A DNA stretch of 64,000 bases from assembly GCA_964016885.1 (NCBI GenBank), contig OZ024745.1, positions 56,668,001 to 56,732,000 of the forward strand. The letters run 5' to 3'. The position numbers and the translations under genes were made by a program. Below are positions 38,761-50,862 of the stretch, in pieces; position 1 is the first letter of the stretch, and each line of letters opens with the position of its first letter. The DNA comes from Eledone cirrhosa (lineage: Eukaryota). The notes under the pieces were generated by a model that was given only the letters and a program-made list of their open reading frames with translations, was not told the DNA's origin and did not search any database.

Positions 38761-41700
38761 GTCAATTTGTTCACTCACATCACGGATTCTAGAAAATCCC
38801 ATCAGCATCAATTTGTTCTTTACACATTACTATGTATATACATAAGCAACGATCGTTGATGTTTTTTCCAATCGTGTATCTTCTAACCGTGCAAATAAGT
38901 TGCTCGGTGCAATGCTTATATTATACATAGATTGTTTGAAAGGAGAAACTAGTGTACATATATAAATACAAATGCAAGATGAATCACCTGCTTTTGTTGT
39001 TATTTCTTTGAAATTTCAATGAATGTAAACAACCGTAAATAATAATGTTAAACTTAACATCAGTTCTACACTCAATATCACGTAGCATTCGTCTAACTTA
39101 AATCTCTTCTATTCTTATTTTTGTTTACTTATTTTCGCATGCACACAAAAAGAGACTTTACATGCGTAACATTCTTTAATACTTTCCCTATCGTAATAAG
39201 GCCAACGACAGTTACATTTATCTACTTTGATTCCCGCTCCTATATATCTAAATTCATGTTAGTACCGAGAGCAACGTCTCCACTTGTTTTTATATATTTA
39301 TCATTTACTTCACAAATGTCATTTATGTATGGCAGATAATCTACCTTTTCTTCCTCACTCATTCTATCACAATATGCATATTGTATTTGTGAGACAGTCG
39401 TGAGAACTGTAAGCAGATGGGAAGATTCCGTAGGCCATGATTTTCTTTGAAAGATTACAATCGCCCTTTTGTGTTCGAGTACTACTCCAATGTTCTAATG
39501 CTAGCTATTGTTTCCAATGAATGAAAACATTCAGAATGATATTTATACAAATAGGTTGAATTTCAAATGAACAAATGTGGATTAATAATCAATACAAATA
39601 CAATGTCTTCACCTTAAACATCTTCAAATATAGAAAAGAAATATCATTCTTTTTCTTATATTCTGACTTATTTCCACCGTGCGAAACCATTAGATAAAAT
39701 ATAGATTTCGTTCGTGAAATACGAAAAAAAAAAAAATGATAATAATAATAATAATAAATACATAAACAAACAAACAAAACCAAACTGTGTATTTTGGTAT
39801 ATTTCATATAATCTATATTATAATGATGTTTACCAATATGATATGTTGTTGTTGTTAACTGAAAATAATATTTCATAATATTTTCTAGTAAAACGACCAA
39901 TATATAACAAATAAGTGAAATACACAATAGAGATCTAATTATTCGTCTACTCAAATGTATTCCTTCAAAAGTTATTTAAATGGTAATATAATATAAGCAT
40001 AATGATAATGTGTTAAATGTACTGATGTGCCTTATGTAATGATGACTACTCTGATTCCCTGCTTTGTTCTGAAATAAAACATCAATATATGGTCTAGCCT
40101 GTGCGGAATTAAGTTTCAAATGTCATTCCAAATGAAATTGTATACACAATACTGTTGGATTGAACTTTCCGCATTCAATTTGCTTTCTCTTAGATACATA
40201 AATATGGCAACATCAGCCTATGGCCGTCTAAGATTGACCTAATATCTGAGAAATAAAAATAAATTACGGTAGCTGTTTCGTGTACTATCATATAATTCTG
40301 CATTTATATTGGTTACTTTGAACTTTTGCATCCGCAAGTTGTAACAGTGCCGTCAAGATTCATGGCGTATTTGATAGTCTGCCGCTCCCTATATCTCAGT
40401 GCCTAAATTATACGTGGTTTATCGAACCCTAAGCGATGAAAGAAACATTTCTGCTCGGCCAAATTTCAAATTAGAGAAACGAAAACCAGACGATATCTAC
40501 AAGTTATTCTTTCCGATGCTTTAAAGATCATGCATTCCCACCACTCTATACTGGAAATAATAACATCCCAGTACATTCTCACAAATAATTTGTAAAGGTT
40601 TAGTGCTGATCGAAAAAATTATATTCCAATTGCCGGACATAGTTCAATGTATGCTCTGTTAAGAATTATTTTCTTTATAATCAAGGTAGAGAATGATTCA
40701 AGGATATTCCATTGATAGTTCTTGCATAGTGGGTATGTAGAGGAAAATTTCAATACAAGTTTTGCTCATATCCCTGTTAACAAAGGTTATGCTATCTCCG
40801 TTCAGTAACACCATAACTTTTTAAATGTTTAAATGGGTTTATTACGCTTGTGAAGATTTATGATAAATATAAAAAGCGATAGCAAAATAATCTAAAATCT
40901 GTAAAATGTTTTAGGTGAGATTCTAGTGAAAAATACACATAATACACTAATATCGATGCGGTGACGAGCTTAAGTTGAAAGCAACCTACAGCACTTATAT
41001 TACAAGGTGATCTCTGCGAACATCTGTGATTTAATGTAATGATTTAAACCAATAACCATATTCCACATAGCGTCATGATAGTTAGAATGGTCATGTAACA
41101 GTGAGATTTGAAAAACTAAGAGTAGTAGATTTAATCCCATCTCTATTGAAATGTAGTGATTTATTACATCATTTATTTACATATTTTAGAATAAATAAAA
41201 ACCTACCAGACACGAAATTGTTTATATCCTAAAAAATGTGTTTGTCTTGTAGTCAAGGTAAAAAGGTCTACTTCATTTGAATATCACCGAGAAAGTGATA
41301 GGAGTACATTGTCCCGATCTGAAAACTTACGAAATATCCACACAGCTACAGGCAAAAAGATTGAATCTACGGCACTGACCTAATTACATAAATATATGCG
41401 AAACAAATTGCGGGGAATCATTAAATACTAAAGACATAAATAAAATCTGAATAATACATAAAAGAAATTCTCAAGTGGAATAAGGCATCATTGTTATATT
41501 ATAATTCATTGTTTGTGTATATATTTGTGTGTGAGAGAGTATTAGCGTATATATTTGAGTGTTTTTATGCAATTGTATTAATAAGTTTGGATCTAGATGT
41601 GAGTGCGCATTAACTGTACACGAGGCCAACGATAATGTTCTTGTAATCATCAAGAGGTAATTACTATCATTGCATTTACCTGCAGGGAACACCATTTAGT

Positions 41701-42377
41701 ATTATTGAGGAATTATTATTCATCTTTCTCTCTCCTCATATATATTATTGTTCGCGAGAAATAGATGCACACACAAACACGAACAGATATACAAATACAC
41801 ACATGACTACATATATATTAACATATATATAATATATGTTTTTATTTGTATATATTTTTTGTATCTGTTATTTTATTGAGTCAGACAGATAATTGTTCTT
41901 TTCAAATCACAGTAACTAAAAATGCGTTAATACATAACGACCGAGTATATGGAATATAAGTATGTATTAGAAACTTACACAAAGCATCTATTATCTTTTC
42001 TCTCCGGCAATAGCAATGAGATCGTATATGATTGAGATGAACTGAAGATCAGTCCAGATGAATACTGGCTGTTCAATTTCCTGCTATGTTGTTAATCACT
42101 AAACTATACTATATTTTGCCTTTCTCATACTTTCATTTAATCGTACGAACAAATGTACTATTCAAATAATCAGGCTCATAGTTTAGACAGAAATAATATA
42201 CCAACATCTCTTTAAATCTGTATTTCAGCTCACTATTACGCGAGTACGTTCCTGTCCCTCTTCCTGTATACATGTATGTGTGTATGTACTTATGTATGTA
42301 TCTATGTATGTATGTACGAATGTACAGGCATGGCTTTATATCTGGAGATCTCTCTGCATTTGTCATCACATGGTACC

Positions 42378-42548
42378 ATGGGCCCAGCACTATGTGTCAA
42401 TAATTGTCACAAGAGTAGTGTTTGTACCAGAGTTCTCAAGTCACTGGCTGGACTAAAAAGTCACACTCGTTCAGCGCATCGCTAGGGGTTCTCTTACATG
42501 GATATAAAGTAATGGCCGTACTCGGAAACGAGTTGGCAGCCACCATGT
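42378..42548 (+). repeat. Dispersed ~170 bp repeat (second copy on minus strand at ~63788-63957)
   Basis: GGGCCCAGCACTATGTGTCAATAATTGTCACAAG..GTTGGCAGCCACCATG in both places, flanked by (TACA)n-type repeats. Confidence 0.85.
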
Positions 42549-42605
42549 ACGTATGTATATGTGAGTTTGCATGTAGGCCTGAAGAAATATATATATATAG
42601 AGAGA

Positions 42606-43016
42606 GAATTCACAAGAATCAAAGCTATGTTCAAAGCATTTATTCACTTACAATTGTTTCATCCAAACCTAGGCTTGGTGTCTTCGGAGCATTTTGCAAT
42701 GTTTGTACATATAATTGACCTCCTATCCAACGCAAGAGACATACAGATACATATATATATATTGATGTACAGTGGAGTGACATATATTATACTATACTAT
42801 ATTTGTATAGCAATTCAAATTCAAAATCAAAATCAAAATTAAAATTAAAATTAAAATACATTCGGCAGATAACACAGATAATGCAAGAGGATAGTTTGAT
42901 AGTCAGAGCAACTGGAGAACAACTGATGTTATTATATCTTACTGGTAATAAGGTAGTATAAATTACTGACCTTCCCTGTTTATAGTTTAAAATATACATA
43001 ACTATAAATAGTATCA

Positions 43017-43020
<4 letters not shown>
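42606..43020 (-). mobile_element. Solo pseudo-LTR of the PLE at 50878-54183, with hammerhead motif at 42645-42691
   Basis: Near-identical to 51012-51315; reverse complement reads TGCT-CCGAAGA-CA CCAAGC ctag GTTTGG AT-GAAA-CAATTG-TA-AGTG. Confidence 0.8.
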
Positions 43021-43080
<60 letters not shown>

Positions 43081-43083
<3 letters not shown>

Positions 43084-43370
43084 TAATAAAAATAATGAAT
43101 AAAAACAAAGAAACAGTTCCTTATATTAAAAATTCATCATTTTATGATCGTTTCTAGGATATATATGTATGTGTTGGTATGTATATCATATAGATCTATG
43201 TAAAATGTGTAGGTATGTATATTCCCTCTGATAGTTTGTAAACATTTTACATAGATCTATATGATATACATACCAACACACACATATATATCCTAGAAAC
43301 GATCATAAAATGATGAATTTTTAATATAAGGAACTGTTTCTTTGTTTTTATTAATTATTTTTGTTAATTT
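43081..43370. repeat. Inverted repeat, ~128 bp arms
   Basis: AATAAAAACAAAGAAACAGTTCCTTATATT.. matches ..AATATAAGGAACTGTTTCTTTGTTTTTATT. Confidence 0.88.
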
Positions 43371-43497
43371 ATCTTGACTCTGTTTTCCTGTTTTTCATCG
43401 AAAACATTTTGAATACATCTTCTCTTTTCATGATATTTAGATTACATTGAGTTCTTCATACGGATTGGACACTACCGTATATTTTGGTAGATTTATC

Positions 43498-43529
<32 letters not shown>

Positions 43530-43535
<6 letters not shown>

Positions 43536-43730
43536 TAACGGATTAAAGTTTAAGCATGGAATCGCTGCTTTCAACCTTAACGGGATCTTCAAAAGATCCC
43601 GTAAAAGGTGAAAGCAGCGATTCTTTGCTTAAACTTTAATCTGTTATTTTAATAAATATTTGCTCTACGGTTCTTATATATTTGATATATATTTATCCTT
43701 ATCGAGCCCTCTTTGGATTTTAATCTTCAA

Positions 43731-43735
<5 letters not shown>
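43530..43735. repeat. Fold-back of the 30480-31584 family end
   Basis: TTAAAATAAC..CGGGATCTT caa AAGATCCCG..GTTATTTTAA; the right arm continues as the reverse complement of 30480-30630. Confidence 0.85.
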
Positions 43736-43788
<53 letters not shown>

Positions 43789-43827
43789 GATATTAACAAA
43801 TGGAAACTATATTTATAAAACCATATT

Positions 43828-43892
43828 TATTTCATTATACATATTTCAAGGACACCAAGTTAAATTATGGTGTGCTTTCATCAGATAAAATA
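43828..43892 (-). ncRNA. Type I hammerhead ribozyme motif (core intact)
   Basis: Reverse complement TATTTTAT-CTGATGA-AAG C ACACCA taatttaact TGGTGT C CTT-GAAA-TATGTA-TA-ATGAAATA; relative of 13201-13269 with a different stem II sequence. Confidence 0.8.
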
Positions 43893-44278
43893 TAATATAG
43901 ATCAGTTTTATAAATAAATATTGACATACCCTTAAAGAATGCAACCATTACAGGTTGCATTCGTTAATCTTTTACATGACTAAACATTTGAATAAATAAT
44001 GCTCTGAAAAATACAGATTTATGATTGAATATATATATATATATGCATACAACTAAACACACACACACGCACAGGCATACTCAATATATATATGTATATA
44101 TTATTATATATAATAATTAAAACTGACTGGCCAGTCTACTGATATGCAAATCTGGGTGATCAGTGGATCTCCTAATATGTAGATTTGACTCATTAGCCAG
44201 TCTGCTAACGTGCAAATCAGGCCGATCAGTCACTGTGTAATTTTGAAAATAGTATATATTTTCACTAACTCTGACAGT

Positions 44279-44355
44279 TTGGCAGGTGAACAGTGAGCTG
44301 TACTAATGAAGGGTGATACCCAGAAACAGTGTCTGCAGTTCTGTTCACATGCCAA
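44279..44355 (+). ncRNA. Hammerhead motif with long stem I and one core substitution (CUAAUGA)
   Basis: TTGGCA G GTGAACAG TG AGCTGTA-CTAATGA-AGGGT gat ACCCA-GAAA-CAGTG-TC-TGCAGTT CTGTTCAC A TGCCAA. Confidence 0.65.
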
Positions 44356-44473
44356 CACAAGAGCAAGAATGAAGTGTTCATTCTAGTGACATGTTAATAA
44401 AATTGAGGCTTGTTTGCATAATTGCAAACGAATCGAATGTTATTATTAATATTCGAAAAACTCAGATTACATT

Positions 44474-44554
<81 letters not shown>

Positions 44555-44565
44555 TATATATAAAT

Positions 44566-44980
44566 CTTCTTCTTCTTCGCCCATTGATTCCTGAGAGTCT
44601 CGCGGGGGCAGAGTCCTCAAATACTCACCCCAACGGGTCCTGTCCGAAGTAACCGTCTCCATCTGATCGGGCTGGATCCCCAAGCGTGACCACCAAAGCT
44701 CATGGCTGCTATCCAACCATCTTGCTCAGCGTCTACCCCTGGGTCTCCTATCACTTGTTTTGCCGGTAAAATTTGTCCAACGATACTTTAGTGAGAAATT
44801 CGCACCACAAGCCCATAGTATTGGAGCTGCGATCTGTCAATTGAGAGAAAAAGCGGCTCTACCTGGAGTGACTCTCTGATCTCCGAGCTACTGACGCTAT
44901 TGAGTAACATTAATCCAAAGAACATTCCGAGGAATCCCATTTCGGTCGAATGTATTCGCAATCGTATTACTTCGGTCATA
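44566..44980 (-). mobile_element. RTE-clade LINE 3' end relic
   Basis: RIHSTEMGFL..SSEIRESLQVEPL..RSQLQYYG..RPRGRR..WSRLGI; ends in (GAA)n. Confidence 0.7.
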
Positions 44981-45491
44981 CTTGAACTTCTCTACCTGCT
45001 TCACATATACACATGACTGTATTTAAATAAATAAGTATATATGCAATTATAAATGTTATATAAACATCATTATAAATAGCAGATTATATTGATCTCATTA
45101 CAGCTAAATAATTATGCAAATATGTGTTTTGTTAGATTTTGGTAGTTGAAAATAGTCTCAAAACAATTAAACTTAAAATAATTATAACAATTTTCCTTTG
45201 CTCATTATAATTATTATGTTTCGTTGCACTTTCTTTAATCTTTATATTATCTAGCGGTTTCCCTATCCCCATACAAAAAGAAAAAATCACATGAAATTAA
45301 AATGGCATTCAGTCCAGCCCCCATATACTCTTCCTTCATTTGTGTTCATTCATTTGCAGCAGTCCCTCATTTGTGTTCATTCATTTGCAGTAGTCCGTTT
45401 TGTGTTCTGTCGATACGAATATCGCCTTCTAATATATTGAATGCATATTAGCTTTATAAAATGTCGATTCCCTCAACATACTACAACATAC

Positions 45492-45573
45492 TAGGCAAAC
45501 TACTAATGCAGGTCCAAGATGTTGATGATTATTCCATCATCAATATCTTCGACCTGCATTAGTAGTTTGCCTA
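45492..45573. repeat. Isolated 82 nt near-perfect hairpin
   Basis: TAGGCAAACTACTAATGCAGGTC c AAGAT g TTGATGAT tattcc ATCATCAA t ATCTT c GACCTGCATTAGTAGTTTGCCTA. Confidence 0.9.
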
Positions 45574-46530
45574 AAACGATTTTGCACACAACTGTATCAT
45601 TTTGTGAGATTAAACTTTCAATATTTAAAATATAACATAACGTGCATCATTCTTAGCTAACAATGGTCATATGTGTATTAAACCTGGGCAGAAATATATA
45701 TTATCTTACATCTTAAGTTTAAATACTCAAGAAATTTACTACAATGGATAAACATTTTTTTTCCCGGAGAGAGTGCCGGGAGGGCTAAGTTTATGTTGTT
45801 CACTTCAATCAAACAACAACTTAGCTCTATCAACGAAGTAGACCGAATCGTGATTAAACAGGATATAAAAACCAGCGATAAAAATAAACATACAATTTAT
45901 CTCCCACAATGCTATATTAATTCCATTCTCACTCCACGTTCTTGCCTCGTAGCAAACACAGCAAGTGTGTATCAACAATTGGTGAATCATGTGATACATC
46001 ATAATGCATTCAGGGCACCAATATGGCGGCTATTTTCTGAATCTATTTACTTCGATTAATTCATAGAATTATCCAATGTATGTTTAACTTTAATTTTCTC
46101 TATATAATTATATTCTGTACTATATTACTGAAAATATTTCTATCTCGCAGGCGCAACTATGCTAGGGTGTTAAATAGGACTAATTACTAAAACGTAACAA
46201 TGAAGAATGTATATTAAATATATTACTATGAACTGGCACGCAATATGTTATATTGCCGTGTGTCCCAATAAATTCGATGAACGGAACAGGCTCAACGTGA
46301 AATTAACATGCAAATGGCTGTGCATACGACAGACACGTTCACCCTTAACGTTTTGCTTAGGGAGATATATCACAACAAGAAAAGTTCATTTTTACCATCT
46401 TAGTGGAATTGAGCAAGGCGAAAAAAAGTGGCTTGCTCAAAGACAACGCGCCACCGAGAATCAAACGCATGACCTTACGAGCATGGACCGAACACACTAA
46501 GCACTAACCCATCTGCCTTCACACACACAA

Positions 46531-46566
<36 letters not shown>

Positions 46567-46577
46567 GGTAGTGGGGT

Positions 46578-46628
<51 letters not shown>

Positions 46629-46630
46629 TA

Positions 46631-46693
<63 letters not shown>

Positions 46694-46705
46694 GCACATA
46701 TTTAT

Positions 46706-46799
<94 letters not shown>

Positions 46800-47515
46800 G
46801 CACATATTTATATATATATATATATATATTACTTCAAAATATTAATACATATAGACATTCATGTGATCAAATATATTTTATTTTATTATACATATTTCAG
46901 AGGTACTGAACTATTTCCATATATTGGTATTTCACTATGGTGTCCTGGGTCTATCTATTGTCTGCCATAGGCAAGCAATATTCTTCTGTCGAGGCTGCAT
47001 TATGCAAGATCTGCCTATCAATATATGGAACATTACATTAATGTAACCATCTTTCTTTACCTTAATTTATATTCCTTATCAATATTTTCATTATCTCTTT
47101 TGAAGTTCCTATGAACTGCTCCATTTTTACGTAAGTTAATTATCTTCATCTGAACCAGATCAATAATGTTCTATAATCATTTGATCCAGAAACATTATAT
47201 GGAGTAGCGAAACAATTGTAAACGGACATAATTAGTATTATTATTATTCCTTACATTCCTTACATTAAACTACAACTATGTTGACAATCTTTAAATAATG
47301 TCTTCCTTGTGAAATGTGTGGTCTTGATTTTCTTAACAAAAGAATATTCCCAGCTCTGTGCACCTAACCTCTGCATGAAACCAGCCATCTAGCTGCCTTC
47401 CACTGTATATTGCACATAGGGCACAAGCCTTTACGCTTTGGCTTCTAACTAATTCACCAATCTCTCTTCTCCTCTCCTATCTCAATCGCTCTCTTTAAGA
47501 TTGGTTACTCTTGAA

Positions 47516-47587
<72 letters not shown>

Positions 47588-48013
47588 CGTTTCTGAATTT
47601 GTTTAGCAGGATTCTTTATCTGAAAACGTGTGTTGAAACCGATATTGTTTTGCTTTGGGGGGTTCATGTTGCCAATAAGAAACACATGCAGCAGTTGCTT
47701 TCACTCCAATTTAAGAATTTATAAATTTCCGGTTGGTTGGTTGGTTCCATGACCGGACGGTTGTTCATATATTGTCAACGTTCTTTCGTCACACATTATG
47801 TGACCTCTTCAGTGACGGGATTCTTTTCTTTGTTTTTGTGCCTCTATTTTGTTCTGTCATACGCCATCTTGTTTTTGTGTGTGTTGCGTACTTAGTTTGC
47901 GCATGTGTTACATCCGGGTGTCTGTGTGTGTTTATATTTGTTTATTTACTTGTTTATTTACATGTTACTGGTTGGTTGTTTGTTCTATGTGTGTGTGTGT
48001 TTTCATTTTGTCA

Positions 48014-48455
48014 TTAATTGTAAGTTGTGATGTTGCTATTCCATTCATGTTTTCTATTTAATTTTGGTTGGAGTTCATTTATGTTTATTGCCTCTGTGAT
48101 TTGTCTAAACATTGCGTCTTTTCTGTGTGTAGATTCTATTTTTATTTCTATGTTCTCTAATTTGCCCTTATGTTCTATTTTAGCATGTTGGTGGAGTATT
48201 GATGATTCTTTTTTATATTGAATTTCTCGCCAGTGTTCATTTAACCGTTCTCCTATATTACGAGCTGTCTCACCTATGTACACTATATTCTTATCTTTAC
48301 ATTGCCCTTCAGTACATCTTATGCAATATACTACATTTCAAGTTTTGCAGTTAATATGGAGGCTTAGTTTACAGATTATGCAATTCTTATCTATACAGGG
48401 AGGTCTTTGAAAAGGGTAGGTATTGCTAATAAGTGTTTTCATGGAGGTACCTGGT
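48014..48455 (-). pseudogene. PLE GIY-YIG endonuclease fragment with Cys-rich linker
   Basis: PCIDKNCIICK..NCKT*NVVYCIRC..C..VYIGETARNIGERLNEH..HAKIEH..RQITEAINI..LQPKLN; one in-frame stop. Confidence 0.88.
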
Positions 48456-48645
48456 CTGTGAAAACACACACACACATAGAACAAACAACCAGTAACATGT
48501 AAATAAACAAATAAATAAACAAATATAAACACACACAGACACCCGGATGTAACACATGCGCAAAATAAGCATGCAACACAGACAGAAACAAGTGGGCGTA
48601 GGACAGAACAAAGAAGAGGCATACAAACTAAGAAAAGAATCCCCA

Positions 48646-48688
48646 GTCACTGAAGAGGTCATATAATGTGTGACGAAAGAACTTTGAC
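48646..48688 (+). ncRNA. Minimal type I hammerhead motif
   Basis: GTCA-CTGAAGA-G-GTCATA..TGTGAC-GAAA-GAAC-TT-TGAC. Confidence 0.7.
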
Positions 48689-48833
48689 AATATATGAACA
48701 ACCGTCCGGTTATGGAACCAACCAACTAACCGGAAATTTATAACTTCTTAAATTTATGAATTTAATTTATAATAAATTGGAGTGAAAGCAATGGTGCGTG
48801 TGTTTCTTATTGACAACATGACACTCCCAAAGC

Positions 48834-48874
<41 letters not shown>

Positions 48875-49623
48875 AAAAAAGATGAAATCGAAAATGGAAC
48901 TGGAGTCTCTTTTTTAAAATATATATTTATTTGGTTCCCTTACCGGTTTCGCAGTTCTTCTGCTTTTTAAAAGTAGAATTTAGATGGAGGGTCCGTGGTT
49001 TTTCTCACATCTGGTTGGTCTTTGAATGTTACTTCTGTTTTATATGAAAAAAAGTGACTCACGAAGCCGTTTTTTTATAAATGTAATTTGATTGGTTATA
49101 AATGAAATTATGACTGTCACGTGAACAATTACATAAAATTTCGCGCCCGTATTTTGGAATTTATTTTGTAGCCTTTTAGAGAATTTTTTGCCAAACAAAA
49201 GATAATGGTCAAGAAAAATGGGATGGAGAGAATTGTTCTGGTTCAGTGAATATGGCTGGTGCGCTGAGGTGTCAGAATTCATACTTTCTATTGGAATAAA
49301 GAAAGTAGATATATGTATGTTTATTTGTGTGCTTGTGTGTGTGTGTCTATGTAGGAAGATGATTCTATTAGTAGAAATGGGGGAGGGAGTTGTGGCTGTG
49401 TGTGTATGGGTGTTATGTGTGTGTGTGTGTGGGAGTATGGTTAGCATGTTAAGATGGAGATATATATATACATATTGTGTGTGTGTGTGTTATGTGTGTG
49501 TGTGAGAGTATGGTTAGCATGTTAAGATAGAGAGAATATATATATTAAACTATATTTAATGCTGGTCTATATTTTTGAATAAACAATATATATATAAAGA
49601 ATCTTGCTAAACAAATTCAGAAA

Positions 49624-49659
<36 letters not shown>

Positions 49660-49971
49660 GAAGTAATTCCGTCGGAAAGATACAGGAAAAAGAGTGTTCT
49701 ATGTAGGCTGAAGAGCTTATTAATTATGTAATAAACAACATAAGATAATGAATTCATTTACCAGTGGTTTCTACGTCTAAGTACTTTTCAGTATATGCGC
49801 GTGGTTGAGTGTGTGTATGTTTATGTTCTGGATATTTATTGTTTATATATATATATATTTTTTATATTCTTTTTCTCCTCTTCTTCTTCGCCCGTTTTTT
49901 CATCAGCCTCACTTTCATATTTCTTAAATTTTGTTTTCAAATCCATATTTAATTAAAACACGATGTTTTTT

Positions 49972-50024
49972 ATTCATTCTGACGACTGAAAACAGATCTA
50001 AAATCTGCTTTCAAGAAACCACTG
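49972..50024 (+). ncRNA. 3'-truncated hammerhead motif (missing part present inverted at 49752-49771)
   Basis: ATTCATT-CTGACGA-C TGAAA A CAGAT ctaaa ATCTG C TTTCA A-GAAA-CCACTG; the minus strand at 49752-49771 reads GAAA-CCACTGG-TA-AATGAAT. Confidence 0.6.
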
Positions 50025-50153
50025 TTGTTTATTACATAACTATATATATATATATATATATATATACATGCTTTCACCGTATTTTTGACTAAAGAAATGT
50101 TTAGCCTGATAGTGGGGTTTAGAACCCTCAGAGAAATGGAAAAAGAGGAGTAT

Positions 50154-50224
50154 TGACGTACATGGGAGTCGAACCCACGTCTTTGGTTATCCAGACCACT
50201 GTGCTACCATTACACCAACACATC
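50154..50224 (-). tRNA. tRNA-like pseudogene or SINE head (anticodon loop CTGGATA)
   Basis: GATGTGT TG GTGTAATGGTAGCAC..TGGT CTGGATA ACCA..GTGGG TTCGACT CCCAT GTACGTC A; A and B boxes intact; G-U-rich acceptor stem. Confidence 0.55.
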
Positions 50225-50603
50225 ACCAATCCCCTTCCATTCCAATTTGAAGCTACATACTTAGCAAACAAATGACAATTAAGTATGTTTTGATACAGTG
50301 GGCGAGATTGAAATTAGAAATATAATCTTTCACCGTATTTTTTACTAAAGAAAACTTTAGCCTGATAGTGGGGTTTAGAACCCTTAGAGAAATGAGGGTT
50401 CGACTCCCATGTACGTCAATACTCATCATTTTCCATTTCTCAGAGGGTTCTAGACCCCACTATCAGGCTAACAATATCTTTAGTCAAAAATACGGTGAAA
50501 GCTTATATTTCTAATTTCAAACTCGCTCACGGTTTCAAATCATACTTACTTGACATTTACTTGCTAAGTATGTAGCTTCTAATTTGAATGGAAGATGATG
50601 GGT

Positions 50604-50674
50604 GATGTGTTGGTGTAATGGTAACACAGTGGTCTGGATAAACAAAGATGTGGGTTCGACTCCCATGTACGTCA
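50604..50674 (+). tRNA. tRNA-like pseudogene or SINE head, second copy
   Basis: Same as 50154-50224 with a few substitutions. Confidence 0.5.
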
Positions 50675-50806
50675 ATACTCATCTTTTTCCATTTCTCTGA
50701 GGGTTCTAAACCCCACTATGAGGCTAAACATTTCTTTAGTAAAAAATACAGTGAAAGCTTATATTTCTAATTTCAAACTCGCTCACTATTTCAAAACATA
50801 CTTACT

Positions 50807-50862
<56 letters not shown>

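Larger units (their letters stand above)
47585..48838 (-). mobile_element. 5'-truncated Penelope-like element: GIY-YIG remnant between inverted pseudo-LTRs
   Basis: Arms ~47640-48005 and ~48460-48835; hammerheads at 47774-47816 (-, mutated NUH) and 48646-48688 (+); flanked by (TA)n. Confidence 0.9.
50069..50808. mobile_element. (TA)n-flanked array of ~256 bp units containing a tRNA-like gene, with an inversion at ~50395
   Basis: GGGTTCGACTCCCATGTACGTCAATACTC at 50396 and 50652 (+) and its reverse complement at ~50148-50176. Confidence 0.85.

Noticed and set aside
48915-48965. Minus-strand GCAG aagaa CTGC-GAAA-CCGG-TA-AGGGAACC
   Set aside because: Looks like the 3' half of a hammerhead, but the CUGANGA strand is missing; not counted.
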